Positions 63,639 through 64,000 of a stretch of 64,000 nt of DNA are shown in pieces. The position numbers and the translations under genes are program-made. This DNA is from Heterodontus francisci. Lineage: Eukaryota. Under the pieces are notes generated by a model. It saw only the letters and a program-made list of their open reading frames with translations, was not told where the DNA came from and made no database searches. The stretch lies in NCBI RefSeq assembly GCF_036365525.1, contig NC_090378.1, positions 73,330,413 through 73,394,412 of the forward strand, written 5' to 3'. Positions within the stretch are counted from its first letter, which is position 1, and each line of letters opens with the position of its first letter.

Positions 63639-64000
63639 TGTTATGACCAAGCTGGGAGTAATGCACTGTTAATTCAGTCCCACTACTCCACAGGTCATAG
63701 CATATCGAATAAAGTTTCCCACCGACCAAAGAATAGCCAAATTAAACACTGTATTTTTCCCCCAGAATAAAGCACACCAAACCAGGTTTCTTTAAGCAAC
63801 AACAACAACATTAACTATTTATTAGAAAAGAAATAACAGATCTTAACAAATGAGGTAAATCTCTGAATTCCTTAACCCTCATGCACACACACACACACAC
63901 ATTCAAAAAGAAACTGGTTAACCAGGGAAAAAGGATTTTTGAGTTACAGCTGTTTCTTAGGAATAGAAGGAATTTAAAAAATATAATTGAGGTTCATGTT
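63639..64000 (-). mobile_element. LTR related to 51742-52704, cut by the window end
   Basis: tgttatgac..tggga..aatgcactgt..cccagaataaa..cacc..accaggtttctttaa shared. Confidence 0.7.

Overview
This is eukaryotic genomic DNA, not microbial. The repeat content (HE1-like V-SINEs, SacSINE1/Deu-like SINEs, shark-type CR1 LINEs) points to a cartilaginous fish; the species cannot be determined from the window. The window lies inside the minus-strand PDE4DIP (myomegalin) gene. I assembled by hand 17 phase-consistent GT-AG exons from 43523 to 4017. They encode a ~1181-aa short isoform equivalent to mammalian MMG8/SMYLE/EB-MMG, with a large internal first exon (CxxC..CxxC N-terminus, SKLP EB1-binding motif) and a C-terminus made by reading through a splice donor. 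One probable upstream exon of the long isoform lies at 59831-59884. Introns are full of decayed transposons: CR1-group and RTE LINEs, several SINE families, solo LTRs, PIF/Harbinger elements and MITEs, and Penelope-like (PLE) fragments. The most notable non-coding observation is a young 210-bp-period tandem PLE repeat at 44919-45264. It carries two minimal hammerhead-ribozyme motifs on the gene's sense strand just upstream of the internal first exon, and is inserted at the target-site duplication of an older PLE. Other items worth checking are a UGCAUG cluster and a 44-bp direct repeat around the alternative terminal exon, an inverted pair of ~1-kb solo LTRs, and a SINE-MITE junction present twice. 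Family names and comparisons to human come from recalled knowledge, not database searches.
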